DNA of 64,000 nt from Cladosporium halotolerans (taxonomy: Eukaryota). Positions 12,501-23,963 of the stretch are shown here, piece by piece (the stretch's first letter is position 1; each line of letters starts with the position of its first letter). The stretch lies in NCBI RefSeq assembly GCF_011745625.1, contig NW_027191461.1, positions 248,001 to 312,000 of the forward strand, read 5' to 3'. The notes below the pieces were generated by a model that saw only the letters and a program-made list of their open reading frames with translations, ran no database searches and was not told the DNA's origin. A program made the translations under genes and the position numbers.

Positions 12501-13718
12501 TCATATTGAATCCCAGAAGTCACCTATGGCTTTTGCACATCCGTCAGCATTGGCGACAGGCAGGTCGTGGCCTCCATCTAGCACTCGGACTTCCACATTC
12601 TCCTTGCCAAGCGCTTCCTCAGCATCGGGACCGATCTCATCGGCCACGATGATACTGTCATCTTTGCCCAGCATCAATAGCACTTTTCCTGCTGTCATAC
12701 CCTCCTTCGCAGCAACATCATCGCCCGAGTTCAACCTCTGTCGATCAAGGCGAGATCCAACAAGCCGCCAGCGCTCCTGCTGCCCACTGATAGGCGAGTT
12801 CTGAATGCTCGAGATAAACGCAGGCACAAACCCCGGATGAGCATCAACTTGCCAGTCCACCACGTCCGCAACCGAAAACACAGGACGACCAGGAAACAGC
12901 CCTTCCCCTCTCCCGCCTCCCCCAATAGCCTCCTCCTCACCCTTCTCAGGAACCTCAGCCTCCGCACTCTGCACAACCCCCACCTTCGTCTCCTCCGGCT
13001 GCCTCCCCCCAGAACCACCCCTCAACCTCCTCCCCACAATCCTCTCCACCAAGCCCCTCGGCAAAAACCCCCCATACACAAACCGACTCCACCACGCCAC
13101 CCTCCCCGCCCTCAACAGCCCCGCCGGCGCAACAAGCACCAACCCCCTCACCGTCCGCGGAAACCAACTCGCCCAATCAGCCGCGATGCCGCCTCCCAGC
13201 GAATACCCGACCACCACGAATCCCTCCCCCCACCACTCCAGCTCCGAGCTGCCCAGCACAAACGCAATCTGCGAAGCCCACAGCGCGCTGTCCTGCGCCG
13301 CCGGCGGACAGTCCGAATAGCCCCGGCCGAACAGGTCGAAGAGCAGCACGCGACAGCCCTGCTGCTGCACGAGCGCTTGCGCCAGCCCCGCGAGCGCGAT
13401 GCACGGCGTGCTGATGCCGTGCACGAAGAGGACTTTACGGCCGGTCGCGGGGCCCCATTCGTAGGCGCGGATGGAGCCGTGAGGGGTTGGGATGTCGCGG
13501 GCGCCGGGGAGGGCGTTGGGTGGGTAGGGGGGTAGTGTGGCGGGCTCGGGGTCGGAGAGGGGCGAGCGGTGGATTCTGGGTGCGGGAGGTTTGTTGTGCG
13601 TCGTGAGTTGGCGGATGGAGCTGATGAGGTAGTAGGTTGCCGGTGGGAGGGCGGCGAGGGCGAGGAGTGTTTTTGTGTCGCGGAGGTTGAGGTTTGAGGT
13701 TAATGTTTGGAGGGACAT
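12501..13718 (-). CDS. Alpha/beta-fold hydrolase with N-terminal hydrophobic anchor
   Basis: VLFVHGIS oxyanion region, FDLFGRGYSD, nucleophile elbow GYSLGG, catalytic His in DGGHD. Confidence 0.88.
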   Translation of the reverse strand: MSLQTLTSNLNLRDTKTLLALAALPPATYYLISSIRQLTTHNKPPAPRIHRSPLSDPEPATLPPYPPNALPGARDIPTPHGSIRAYEWGPATGRKVLFVHGISTPCIALAGLAQALVQQQGCRVLLFDLFGRGYSDCPPAAQDSALWASQIAFVLGSSELEWWGEGFVVVGYSLGGGIAADWASWFPRTVRGLVLVAPAGLLRAGRVAWWSRFVYGGFLPRGLVERIVGRRLRGGSGGRQPEETKVGVVQSAEAEVPEKGEEEAIGGGGRGEGLFPGRPVFSVADVVDWQVDAHPGFVPAFISSIQNSPISGQQERWRLVGSRLDRQRLNSGDDVAAKEGMTAGKVLLMLGKDDSIIVADEIGPDAEEALGKENVEVRVLDGGHDLPVANADGCAKAIGDFWDSI

Positions 13719-14300
13719 GGCGCCGGCGTGGTTGCGAGATTGGCCTGTCGGCGGTCACAGGCCCAAGCAATTGAAATCGTCGGTGTCGATATTTCCTTTC
13801 TTTACATCAAATCATTGTTCCTTGAAAAGACTTTTTCTTGGGAAGACTTGCTCTATCGTTGATTTCCCTCGACGGTTGAATAATGTCGAAAGCGGATTTG
13901 TTGATGATGTGATGTTTCCTGGACCTCGGCTTCCGATCTTCGTCCGATGTCCCGAATCTCTGGACATGCGCGCGACTTTGTCAAAAGGCGCTCTACAATC
14001 ATTCTACACTTGCTACAACGATTACAGGTCAAGATGTGCGTCTCGAGGAGAATGGATGTCTGTTCTTCTTAATTTCGTCCATACTGGACGTTATCCGCCA
14101 AAGGACTTGTGGAATACAAAAAAACCGTCCAACAAACGAAAGGACTCAAAGGGGGTATCTATTAACACGCATTCTATAGCCACCTGCGCTTGTTTGCTTT
14201 GGCCGTTACTCATTGATTTTCCTTCTGTAGTGTCCCTCAGCTCAGCTTCGAGGACCGTGATCTGAGGAAAGGAATCCAATTGCGTATGCCCGGAGTCGCT

Positions 14301-16403
14301 TCAGCGTCTCTGGTGCCAGTGCTCAAGGTCTGGTGGCCGACCGTTATCTGCGGTGGTTATCCTATAGCCAATCGGTGCAGATGTATGTGATATTTTGTCC
14401 ACCTCGATGCCACTGTCTCTGTCGCCGCCCTCACTGCCCTCAAAGCTGCCTCCACCTAGACCCGACCAAACATCGAGGAAGCCTTTTGCATGGTCGTTGG
14501 CAAAATCTGCGCCGTGCAATGTTTCGTCCTCGACTTCAATGTCCGGCACTGAATGGTCTCGGTCGTCGTCTTCGTCATCGTCGTCATCTTGGCCGGTGAG
14601 GATGCGTCCTCCCAGCTTGACGTCGCTGACGCGCACGTTGTACTGCAGCGCTTTCTTGCCTTGATCGATCATCTCTTCTGTGGCATACATGCAGCGCTTC
14701 AGGCTCTGGTTCATCATCTGGCTCTGAACCAGTAGCTCCTTGTGCTTCTCAATGTCTGCCCGCAGCCGCTGCTCGTCCTTGTCCAAGCGGGCTTGGTCTT
14801 TGCTCTCACGAGCGCTGGGGGACAGAGGCTCGCCACAAGAAGTGACACTCTCGTTCTCATCATCGTCGCTCAAGTCGTCGTCGATACCGGGCAGCACGAA
14901 CTCGGAAACGTCCTCGTCTTCATCTTCCTCTCCCAAAGTCGACAAGCCTTCCGATAATCTCGCAGTACGCTCGTGAGGGGTAAAACCAAACTTCCCCGCA
15001 CGGGAAAGCCTTCGGAACCGCTTCAGCTCGGCCTTCTGTCTGCGCACTTCTCGCTCGAGGCTGGAATTGATGGCCAAAAGCGAGCTGTTTGAGATCTCAA
15101 GATCCAAAACTTTACGTTCTCGCCTCGCGTCTGCTGCCAGCTCCGAAACGCTTTTGGTGGGACTTCGAAGTCCGTCGGTATGATTGTGGCCTCCAACATC
15201 CTCGTTTGGCTGTAGAGAAGCTTCGATGGAAGGCATATCCGCAGGAGGTTTGCCCGAGCCGAAAAATCCGGGCAAGGTTGCTTCTTGAGAGAGTGGTGAC
15301 GAGGCGTTGACATTTGGGTCTAATGTAGTTGCTGATCGGCGACGGGAGTGTATCGAGTTGTTCGAGTCAATTGAAGACAAGCTCGTCGATTTCCGGTGGG
15401 CGGTTGGCAGCGGTTTGTACTCAGAGCTTGATCGGCGTTGTTCGTAGTAATTAGGCTGGTCGACGCTCGCACGCGGTGATGGTATTGGAGACGGCCGAAG
15501 ACCAAAGATTTGGGATGCGCCCCTTCTGTAAGACAAGTGTATGTTCTCCTTACTAGGTGATGATGCTCTTGGCTCACTTGCCGGGGGCAATGGTGCGAAG
15601 AATGGAGACGAGCTTGATATGGAGCTGAGTGTGGGTGAGAGCAACGGAGGTGGACTCAACACCCGACTCTGTCCTGACTCCTGTTGTGCCCATGGTTCGG
15701 ATGTCTTCCTTTCTGCTGCTGCTGCGGTAGGCGTTCTTGCTGCAGCAAGTCGTGCCTCTTGAGATCCGTCCGCATGGAAGAAAACTGACGGCTTTTTGGG
15801 TTCTGGCTTCTTTGGTGCGGGCTCTTGTTTCGCGGCGTCGCTAGCATGGAAGAATCGGCTGTCGGCATTGTCGGGATGCCCTTGTCCTTCCTTGCTGCCA
15901 GGCGATCGAACGAGAGGCGAATGCGCCCTCAAAGGACCGGTATCGCTTACAATACTCCTAGCCTGGCCAAGCCTCGGTCTTGCCTGGACTCCTCCGCCAA
16001 TCCCTAACCCAACAGCATTTCCACCTCGATCCGATGAGCCAGCAGTCACCGCTGCTGGCCTCCTCCCTCTTATACTGCTAGGTGAGACACTGGAGCGGGA
16101 CACCGGTGTACTGTTTGGACTCTCCGTTCGTGCTGTTCGGATGAACGGGCGCGTTGTTGTATCTGCATTCCGATCTCCCTCTTTGCCGGAAGCGTCTGCG
16201 ACTCTAACCTGCAGTGGACGAACACGCGGTGCAGGCGCGGATGTTTCCGACCTGGCTGTAGGCGCACGCTTTGAGGCCGTTGAAGGTGTTGCATTGGCAG
16301 CGAGCCGCGGGGCGAGTGGCGTTGTTCGAGGGTTTCTCGCAGAGGCGAGCGTTGGTTTGAGAGGCGGCGGCGGTCGCCCCTGGACATTGCGATCTGATGA
16401 CAT
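14301..16403 (-). CDS. Uncharacterised fungal protein, S/P-rich with a C-terminal coiled coil
   Basis: 700-aa uninterrupted ORF; coiled-coil block RRERKVLDLEISNSSLLAINSSLEREVRRQKAELKRFRRLSR. Confidence 0.8.
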   Translation of the reverse strand: MSSDRNVQGRPPPPLKPTLASARNPRTTPLAPRLAANATPSTASKRAPTARSETSAPAPRVRPLQVRVADASGKEGDRNADTTTRPFIRTARTESPNSTPVSRSSVSPSSIRGRRPAAVTAGSSDRGGNAVGLGIGGGVQARPRLGQARSIVSDTGPLRAHSPLVRSPGSKEGQGHPDNADSRFFHASDAAKQEPAPKKPEPKKPSVFFHADGSQEARLAAARTPTAAAAERKTSEPWAQQESGQSRVLSPPPLLSPTLSSISSSSPFFAPLPPASEPRASSPSKENIHLSYRRGASQIFGLRPSPIPSPRASVDQPNYYEQRRSSSEYKPLPTAHRKSTSLSSIDSNNSIHSRRRSATTLDPNVNASSPLSQEATLPGFFGSGKPPADMPSIEASLQPNEDVGGHNHTDGLRSPTKSVSELAADARRERKVLDLEISNSSLLAINSSLEREVRRQKAELKRFRRLSRAGKFGFTPHERTARLSEGLSTLGEEDEDEDVSEFVLPGIDDDLSDDDENESVTSCGEPLSPSARESKDQARLDKDEQRLRADIEKHKELLVQSQMMNQSLKRCMYATEEMIDQGKKALQYNVRVSDVKLGGRILTGQDDDDDEDDDRDHSVPDIEVEDETLHGADFANDHAKGFLDVWSGLGGGSFEGSEGGDRDSGIEVDKISHTSAPIGYRITTADNGRPPDLEHWHQRR

Positions 16404-16972
16404 TCCTGGCCGAAAAGGCTACCGTAATGGATACATAGGGATCGACTGCGGTCCAGTACGAGATTCGGATTGTTTGGAGCTTTGGTCGAGTGCGAGCCAG
16501 AGGGGAGGATTTCGAGGGGGCGGTCGGGTGTGAAGCCTGAAGATGACCCTGGCAACTCTATTTTGGGGACCAGAACAGCGCCAGGCTATAGGTGATCGCG
16601 GCTTGCCGGGGCGGTATAACGGGTGTACGGCTCGCAGGGGTACGGAGCAGAGATTGTGGTGTGGAGGTGGTGTTGACGCTCTGTCAATCCAGAAGCCCCG
16701 GAGAGGCTCTAACGCCGGGCGATGATGTCGCAGTGTTTATGCAGGGCTGCGCCTGTCCGGCAGCGTGGCGATCCGCTGCGGTGCCGCTAGCGCTCCACTC
16801 GACGCCTGCCGATGGAAGAAAGTGCAGGGTCACGGGAACACGTGCACGCGTTCGCGCTTCTCGGCTGCGGCGTCATCCAAGTCTTGAAGCACCAGCGTTA
16901 ACGCGAAGCAAATTGTTGACATTTGACGCTCAGCATGCGAGGCTAGCGTGAAGACATGGCCACCTCTATACC

Positions 16973-18973
16973 ATGCCGCGTCACAACGAAGACCTCGCGG
17001 CCGAAGCGCAGGCTGCGAGAGAAGAAGCTGCTGATGAGGCAGCCGTTCCCGACGCCAGCCAACACCATTCCCTGAAGTATCACCTTCTTGGACCGTCCCT
17101 GACGAAGTCCGGTCAAGATGGCGTTGACCAGAAGAAAGTATCCGATATTATCTACAACGCATCGAAGGGAAGCAGGTACTTCAACAACGAGGAGAACAAG
17201 GACAAGACTCTCACTGTCAAAATCGACCGCATTCTGACCAAGAAACGCGAACTTGAGCGCATTGAGGCGCAAGGAGGCCTGAAGAAGGATTTGAGAAGAG
17301 CAGATGAACACATCGCAGAGCTGGAGCTGGGTCGCGACTTGAGCCAAGTGCTGGTCCATGTCGACTGCGATGCGTTCTATGCAGCAGTGGAGGAACTTGA
17401 CCGTCCGGAGCTGAAAGACGTTCCATTTGCTGTCGGAAAGGGTGTCCTTACCACCTGTAACTACCATGCGCGCAAGTTCGGATGCAGAAGTGGCATGGCC
17501 GGTTTCATTGCGGATCAGCTGTGCCCTGGATTGATCCATGTTCCTCTCAACTTCGACAAGTACACTGCCAAAGCCAAGCAAATCAGAGCTGTTCTTGAAA
17601 TATACGACCCTCGATTTCAGGCTGCAAGTCTAGATGAGGCGTATCTGAATATCACCGAGTATTGCAAGGAGCACGGCATGGAGCCTGAGGAAGCTGTCAG
17701 TCAACTTAGAGCCCAAGTCGTCGAAGCAAGCCAAATCACCGTCTCCGCCGGTATTGCCGCGAACGCCAAGCTAGCGAAGATCTGCAGCAACAAGAATAAG
17801 CCGAACGGACAGTATCGCCTTCCATCTGATCGCGCGAGCATCCTGGCTTTCATGCGCGACTTGCCGACTCGGAAGGTGAATGGGATCGGACGCGTGTTCG
17901 AGCGCGAGCTAGACGCCATAGGCGTCAAGACCTGCGGCGATATCTATGGCCAGCGGCAGTATCTCAGAGGGCTCTTTGGTGAAAAGGCTTTCGAGTTTCT
18001 GATGAGTGTCTACCTTGGCTTAGGACGCACCGATGTGCGACCAGCCGAGGAGTTTGAGCGGAAAAGTGTTGGGACTGAGAGCACTTTTCACGACATGTCT
18101 GATCCTAAGGAGTTACGGGAGAAGCTGAGGTGGATAGCAGAGGAACTCGAGAAAGACCTGGAGAGGACACAATTTAAAGGTAGGACTCTGGTCCTGAAAA
18201 TTAAGCTTCACTCATACGAAGTCTACACCCGCCAGTTTCAGCCTCCCAAAGCTGTAAACAAAGCGGACGATTTGTATCATTTTGGACTGCAGATGTTTGA
18301 GAAGGTGGAGAAGGAGATTCCGAACTTGAAACTCCGACTCATGGGCTTGCGATGCACACACCTGGTGTCAACCAAGAAAGGCGACCTGGACTTCTTTGGC
18401 CGTGCAAGGCAACCGGCGCAAGGGTCTCGCGAAGGCTCCGAAGGGTCCAAAACTCCGAAAGTCGAAGTGGACGAGGATGGCTGGCAGAAGTGGCCGGACG
18501 AGGAATTCGAAAGTGCTGCACGCCAGGAACATCAGGAACAAATGGATGAGTTGGAACGATTGTCGCAGCAGCAAGAAGGCGGGAATGCACAAAGGCAGGA
18601 GCCCGTAGACGATGAAGAAAGGAAGGCATTCGAAACTCGTAAGCACGATAACGGTTTCGCTTGGAGGCTTCTGTTGGAGGAGGAACGTGCCAAAGCTGAG
18701 GAAGAAGAGCGAGCGAAGAAGCCTCCCCTTGAGCAGTGGTTTTGTCCCATTTGCAGCCATCCTCAAGCAGCCGACGAGCGTTCGTTCAACGAACACATCG
18801 ACGGCTGTCTTTCCAAACAAACGATCAAAGAAATCGTAAACACAGCGGAGCCGTCACTACCCGCCAGGGTCCATAGTCCAGTATCGACCAACACGGGCAA
18901 GAAGCGAGGAAGACCGCGTGGAGGCCAAAGCCAGGCTGAACCGAAGAAGCCCAAAAAGTCATTCGTCACATGA
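16973..18973 (+). CDS. POLK: Y-family translesion DNA polymerase kappa (DinB)
   Basis: HVDCDAFYAAVE, TCNYHARKFG, ASLDEAYL, ERKSVGTESTF motifs; N-clasp region; UBZ finger CPICS...FNEHIDGC. Confidence 0.95.
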   Translation: MPRHNEDLAAEAQAAREEAADEAAVPDASQHHSLKYHLLGPSLTKSGQDGVDQKKVSDIIYNASKGSRYFNNEENKDKTLTVKIDRILTKKRELERIEAQGGLKKDLRRADEHIAELELGRDLSQVLVHVDCDAFYAAVEELDRPELKDVPFAVGKGVLTTCNYHARKFGCRSGMAGFIADQLCPGLIHVPLNFDKYTAKAKQIRAVLEIYDPRFQAASLDEAYLNITEYCKEHGMEPEEAVSQLRAQVVEASQITVSAGIAANAKLAKICSNKNKPNGQYRLPSDRASILAFMRDLPTRKVNGIGRVFERELDAIGVKTCGDIYGQRQYLRGLFGEKAFEFLMSVYLGLGRTDVRPAEEFERKSVGTESTFHDMSDPKELREKLRWIAEELEKDLERTQFKGRTLVLKIKLHSYEVYTRQFQPPKAVNKADDLYHFGLQMFEKVEKEIPNLKLRLMGLRCTHLVSTKKGDLDFFGRARQPAQGSREGSEGSKTPKVEVDEDGWQKWPDEEFESAARQEHQEQMDELERLSQQQEGGNAQRQEPVDDEERKAFETRKHDNGFAWRLLLEEERAKAEEEERAKKPPLEQWFCPICSHPQAADERSFNEHIDGCLSKQTIKEIVNTAEPSLPARVHSPVSTNTGKKRGRPRGGQSQAEPKKPKKSFVT

Positions 18974-19061
18974 GATCACGACAGCCATGAATACCATTAT
19001 ATACAGGATAAGAAGTACATGAATTGACAGGAACAGATCTGTTCATTAACACCGCTCCATC

Positions 19062-20282
19062 TTACAACTTCGCTACAAACCCGCTCTTGTCGATTTTCGC
19101 CAGGTACTCCTTCGAGATTTCCTTGACATTGACAACTCCAGCTAGACCCATACACAGCCTGATCTCATCGCTAAGGATCTTCAACATCAATTTCACACCC
19201 TCCTCTCCCTTGTAAGCCAAACCCCAAAGCGCAGGCCTGCCGACCCAGCAAAAGTCGGCACCCAGAGCCAGCGCCTTGAACACGTCCGTTCCGTGCCTGA
19301 TACCACCGTCCACGTGCACAGGTATCTTGCCTTGCACCGCCTCCACGACTTCAGGCAGAGCATCAAGCGTAGCCAGCGCGCCGTTCAGCTGCCTTCCACC
19401 GTGGTTCGAAACTACCACGCCATCCACGCCGTGGTGTACTGCCAGAATCGCATCCTCCCCGGTCGCGATTCCCTTTACCCACACTTCCATCTCAGGCTTG
19501 CAAGCCTCCTTTAGCCACGCAATGTCACGCTCCCAGTTCAGTGTCGGGTTCGCGGCGTGCGAGTGGAAAGTCACGCGACCCGATGGCGACACCCACTTGC
19601 CGTTTTCGTAGTGGCCGGGGTTGGGCGGGTCCAGGTTGCGGCTGGACGTTTTGCTTTCGCCGTCAACGGCCTCGTCTTGCAGCGCGGCTTCCTCCTGCTG
19701 AGAGAAATTGGCAACTTGGAAGTGCGGCGGGAGCTTGAATTGGTTCCGAAGCTCGAGGTTGCGGCGGCCGAGGAATGGCGTGTCAACTGTGAGGAAGACG
19801 GCTTTGAAGCCGGCTTTCTTCGCTCGGTTGATGAGTTTCAAGCTGTGCTCGCGGTCCTCGAACAGGTAGAGCTGGAGGACGTTGGGATTCGGCCTGCTGG
19901 CTTCCGCGACTTCCTCGAGCGACTTGGTGGCGAACGAGGACAGGCCCATGGCAACGTTCATGTCGCGGCAAGCGTGTGCGGTGCCAGTTTCGCCGTCGGA
20001 GTGTGCGAGGCATTGCATTGCGGTTGGCGCCACACCCATGGGGATGCTGTTTTTGTGACCGAAGATGTTGACACTCGTGTCGACGCCGGAAACATCGCGC
20101 AAGACACGCGGGCGGATTCGGTATTTACTGAAGGCGGAGATATTTTCGCGCAGAGTGCTGCCGGAGTCGGCGCCCTCGTTGTAGTAGTCGCGTGTCTGCT
20201 TGTCCATCTTGTCGTGAGCGATCGCCTCGAGCTCGTTTATGGTGAGGCAGTTGAGATCATGATCTTTGCTGTTGGAAGCCAT
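19062..20282 (-). CDS. FMN-dependent alpha-hydroxy acid oxidase/dehydrogenase (glycolate-oxidase-like), peroxisomal
   Basis: VVSNHGGRQL, VDGGIRHGTDVFKALALGA, LTVDTP; C-terminal PTS1 tripeptide AKL; no cytochrome b5 domain. Confidence 0.92.
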   Translation of the reverse strand: MASNSKDHDLNCLTINELEAIAHDKMDKQTRDYYNEGADSGSTLRENISAFSKYRIRPRVLRDVSGVDTSVNIFGHKNSIPMGVAPTAMQCLAHSDGETGTAHACRDMNVAMGLSSFATKSLEEVAEASRPNPNVLQLYLFEDREHSLKLINRAKKAGFKAVFLTVDTPFLGRRNLELRNQFKLPPHFQVANFSQQEEAALQDEAVDGESKTSSRNLDPPNPGHYENGKWVSPSGRVTFHSHAANPTLNWERDIAWLKEACKPEMEVWVKGIATGEDAILAVHHGVDGVVVSNHGGRQLNGALATLDALPEVVEAVQGKIPVHVDGGIRHGTDVFKALALGADFCWVGRPALWGLAYKGEEGVKLMLKILSDEIRLCMGLAGVVNVKEISKEYLAKIDKSGFVAKL

Positions 20283-21461
20283 TTTGGCGGTTTGAAATCT
20301 TCAATCGAGTTCGACTCTTGTTGAACGAGACGAACGCTTCGCGTTTCAATTTCCTCCGATATTCGGCTATCGCCACGGATCCTAGAATTGGCTTGTCCCT
20401 GTCTTATGCAGATGACAGGCCTGCAAGCAATATATATACAGGAAATGTAAATGCAATGATACCCTTACGCCGTGGAAAATACACGATGAAGGCAATAGAA
20501 AATGATGGCAATGGGATTCGATGACGATGGTCAAGCCTTGAGCGACATCGTAGCGAGGTGCTTGGTCGCGTGTGGGGCCCCGGGTTTGGCTCGGAGGCCG
20601 GACGAACGGCACCGTCGAATGTCGATCTCTTCAACATGGGAAAGTAACAATTCTGCACAACATGAAATTAGAGACCTCACCTGCTCTTCTTACGCGTCCA
20701 TGCTATGGGACGTCGAGTGGATTTGCTCTTGGGCAGCGCGGACGATCAACCAGCACTGGCTGCGATGGCGCCGATATCGAAAATGCTGGACTTCAACAGT
20801 CTCATAATTTCTTCGTCTACGAGGACGGCAGCCCATGGAGGACTCCAGTGGTCATCTGTAGAAGCTGAAAGGTAGCTACCGGTGTTTCGCTAGGTATGTG
20901 CAACTTTGTGTTTCTCATGTGTCCTCACGTTCGGATCGCTACCATTGGTCTGTGACGCAAAACAGCCGACCAGTTCTAAGTTTTCTGATATGCCTCAATA
21001 TGTCCTCAACATGTCCTCATGTGTCCTCATACGAATTAGTACTGGCCGTGGCAAAAACACATAATATGTGTCCGCCATGGCGGTCACCTGTGTTCCCCAG
21101 CAGACATTCAAACCAAACGCTCCAGCCCCATCCAAAAGTGAATAACCACCGACATTCACAGCCACTACACCAACATTGCCAACCAGACAGCAATTAGCGT
21201 CTTCGGTAACCTCAATTGGCAACCGTTACTTTGGTTTTATGAAGGCAGTACACCTAGTGAGGAATATCTCAGCACTAAGCCACAGTACACCCTGCACGAG
21301 AGGACGGTGATCCTTCAAGATCGTGGCCCTCTCCACTCGAAAGAGCTGAGGAAAGCTCTCAGAAAGCTCAAGCACGACGGCTGGAATCATAAGCGACTGG
21401 AGCGCAGCAATACAAAATATCAGAGTGACACTGTCGCTGCCGGTCCTGGACCTGCTACCTC

Positions 21462-22268
21462 ATGGCTGGGGGAAACCCAACTTACTTAACGGAGACGTCG
21501 TCGCTGGCCAACTTGCAGTCCCTTCCGTTCGACATAGTCTTTGAGATCAACAAAATCTTGCCGGGACGGGATCTGGGATCACTGCGTCGTGCTTGCAAGC
21601 GCCTGGCCGACACCTCGTGTTATGAACTTGTCCGTCGCGTCGGACCAAGGATTTGGAACGACAAGGCCATGATGCCGGACGTCAGGCGCTATCTCAGTCG
21701 CGTCGCGGTCACTCGGGATCTCCTCTACCGTGTCACGGCATTTAGCGTCGCTGTTGCCCAAGGTGAAGCAAGACCCATTGACTCTCACCTCCAGCAGATC
21801 CAGCTTCCTTCGCTGGTAGAGCTGAGAATGATCGGCGTGACGATGTACGGAGTGGCGCCTCTCAGCGGCTTCATCGATCGCCACCGCGCCACTTTGGGCG
21901 ACATTACCCTCATCAGACACTACATTTACACAGCCAGACCCGTGGAGCCATGTGCGCTGGTCTATACGGACAACTTACTGCTCGCGAAATTGTCTGAGGA
22001 AGATCTTCCCGCAGCGCGCGAGGACTTAGCAGCCTTGTCCGAGCTAGACGAGGAGCCGTGGCATGTTGAAGGGATAAGAGGCCTGCCGTCTATTATTGTG
22101 AATGACTGCCAATGGGGGTTCAGCATCCGGACAATGGGTCTGAGCCAGAGCTTTGATGTGCAGCTCGGCGTCAAAGTCAAAGCGACCAGCGATGGAGGCT
22201 TGGGGTTGTTCTTGGAGCCAAGACGGAGAGACAGAGAGCGGATTCTTCGACAGTTCGGCATGTTGTAG
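21462..22268 (+). CDS. F-box domain protein
   Basis: LQSLPFDIVFEINKILPGRDLGSLRRACKRL; later LSGFIDRHRATLGDITL, similar to the two F-box genes near the window start. Confidence 0.72.
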   Translation: MAGGNPTYLTETSSLANLQSLPFDIVFEINKILPGRDLGSLRRACKRLADTSCYELVRRVGPRIWNDKAMMPDVRRYLSRVAVTRDLLYRVTAFSVAVAQGEARPIDSHLQQIQLPSLVELRMIGVTMYGVAPLSGFIDRHRATLGDITLIRHYIYTARPVEPCALVYTDNLLLAKLSEEDLPAAREDLAALSELDEEPWHVEGIRGLPSIIVNDCQWGFSIRTMGLSQSFDVQLGVKVKATSDGGLGLFLEPRRRDRERILRQFGML

Positions 22269-23963
22269 AGATGACTATCAACTGGTGTCACTTAGACTGC
22301 CAACCAAAGTGTAGCTTGTCTTTTAGTCGAGTTACCAGAATGAAACTCTTTTAGAGATATCTTCGATCCGATCAATTGCTACCTCAGATAAGGGATTGGG
22401 CCGCTGATCTAACGATGATTAATTTATTGATCAGCCCATAAGCGGCGTCGAAGGTACCGCATGATGGACAAAATCCGCCAATACACGTGCTGCGACGTCT
22501 TGACAACTCTCGGATTGGACGTTCTGTGCAACTGCTTAGTGTGTCGCCAATTGTCGTCGGCATCCTTTGTACCAACAATGTCGACGCGTCGAGTGACGTG
22601 GCACAGTCGCACCTGTCAATCTGCCAGCAGCGTTCCGACCAGACGGATATAAACCGGCTGACTGCCTTCGTAAGCGCTAATGAGTTCCGATAGGTTCTGC
22701 ATGTCAGAATTGCCGATGCAGAAGCTGATGACCATGAAGACAGCCCGACATGTCTCCGCACGTCGCTTACTGTACGAGGTCGGAACGTCTGCACCGGGCT
22801 CCCATCTGACGAGCCACGGGCGGCTCGCGGCACGGCATGTGTCTCACGAGATCTAACTATTCCGAACAATGGATGGATGCAGCAACAACAATGTGCTGAC
22901 CTCGGCTCGCGAACAAGAAGATTGACGGCACCCGGAAGCTGAGCGCCACGCGAAGCCCGACCACGTTGCTGACCAGGAGCATCCCAGAAGCGAGGCAGAT
23001 TTGCAGGACGCGACGCAGCCAGTCGCTCAGCTGGGTGGAGTGGTGGCGAAACATTGAGGATGCAGCAGGCCAAAGGCGATCGCCCAGCGCAGCCGTCACT
23101 CTAAGGCACTCGCGCTTTGCGGCCTAGCGCCAGGGGCACGGCCGCCGTTTGGGGCAGGCGGGCTGCCGGTGCCGCGGGCCCAGACGCACATCCAGCGTGG
23201 AGGTGGAGCGAGCACAGCTCGACCGCAGGGATCAAGCGAGCACACCCTACCGCTTTTCGCCTCGCCGGCGCCTGCCGACGTCTTGGACTCGACGTACCTG
23301 GTCGACGAGGCCAATCGAGCGACGATTGGCGTCGCACATCGCGAGATTGACATGCGGGCTGCTGTCAGAGATGCGTTTGCAGGCGCCGCCGGTGGCACCG
23401 GGGAGCCGACGGCAGGGTATTTGCGATGCGTTGGTGAAGTCTTGAGGGACGCCTGGCCTTGTATGTTGCAGTAGTAGGCGCCATGGATCTGGGCTGTTGG
23501 AAGTCCTCGAGTCTTCTGTCCTTCTCGGATCAGTCTGTCTATTCTTTTAGTTTGTTATCCCGCCTGCTGCCGTGTTCTGGCTGATTTGAGCGCCACTACC
23601 GCCTTGGTTAGGCGAGTGGCTTTCACTGTCTTTTACATTTGACCTTGGAGGGCCCTCATTCTCTCTTACCGTAGGTCAATCAAGGTTCAGCCGTTATCTG
23701 TCGAGAAACCGTCAACCCTCGCCACTCGTTGAGTCAGGACGAAGGGACAAATCGAGAGTCTTTCTCTAGGTGCAGTGGTGGACACACTGGCGATTAAACA
23801 TCTTCGCCATGGAGCAAACACAGGTATGCTAGCCCTATATGCTAACCACGGCGTCGTCATTGTGTATTCTGGAGCGACTTGTTTAGACGATTTGAACGGA
23901 ATCTTCCCCTCAATCCAGCCTTCGATATACTTATACTCAATGCTGTAGCACGACCCCCAACGG

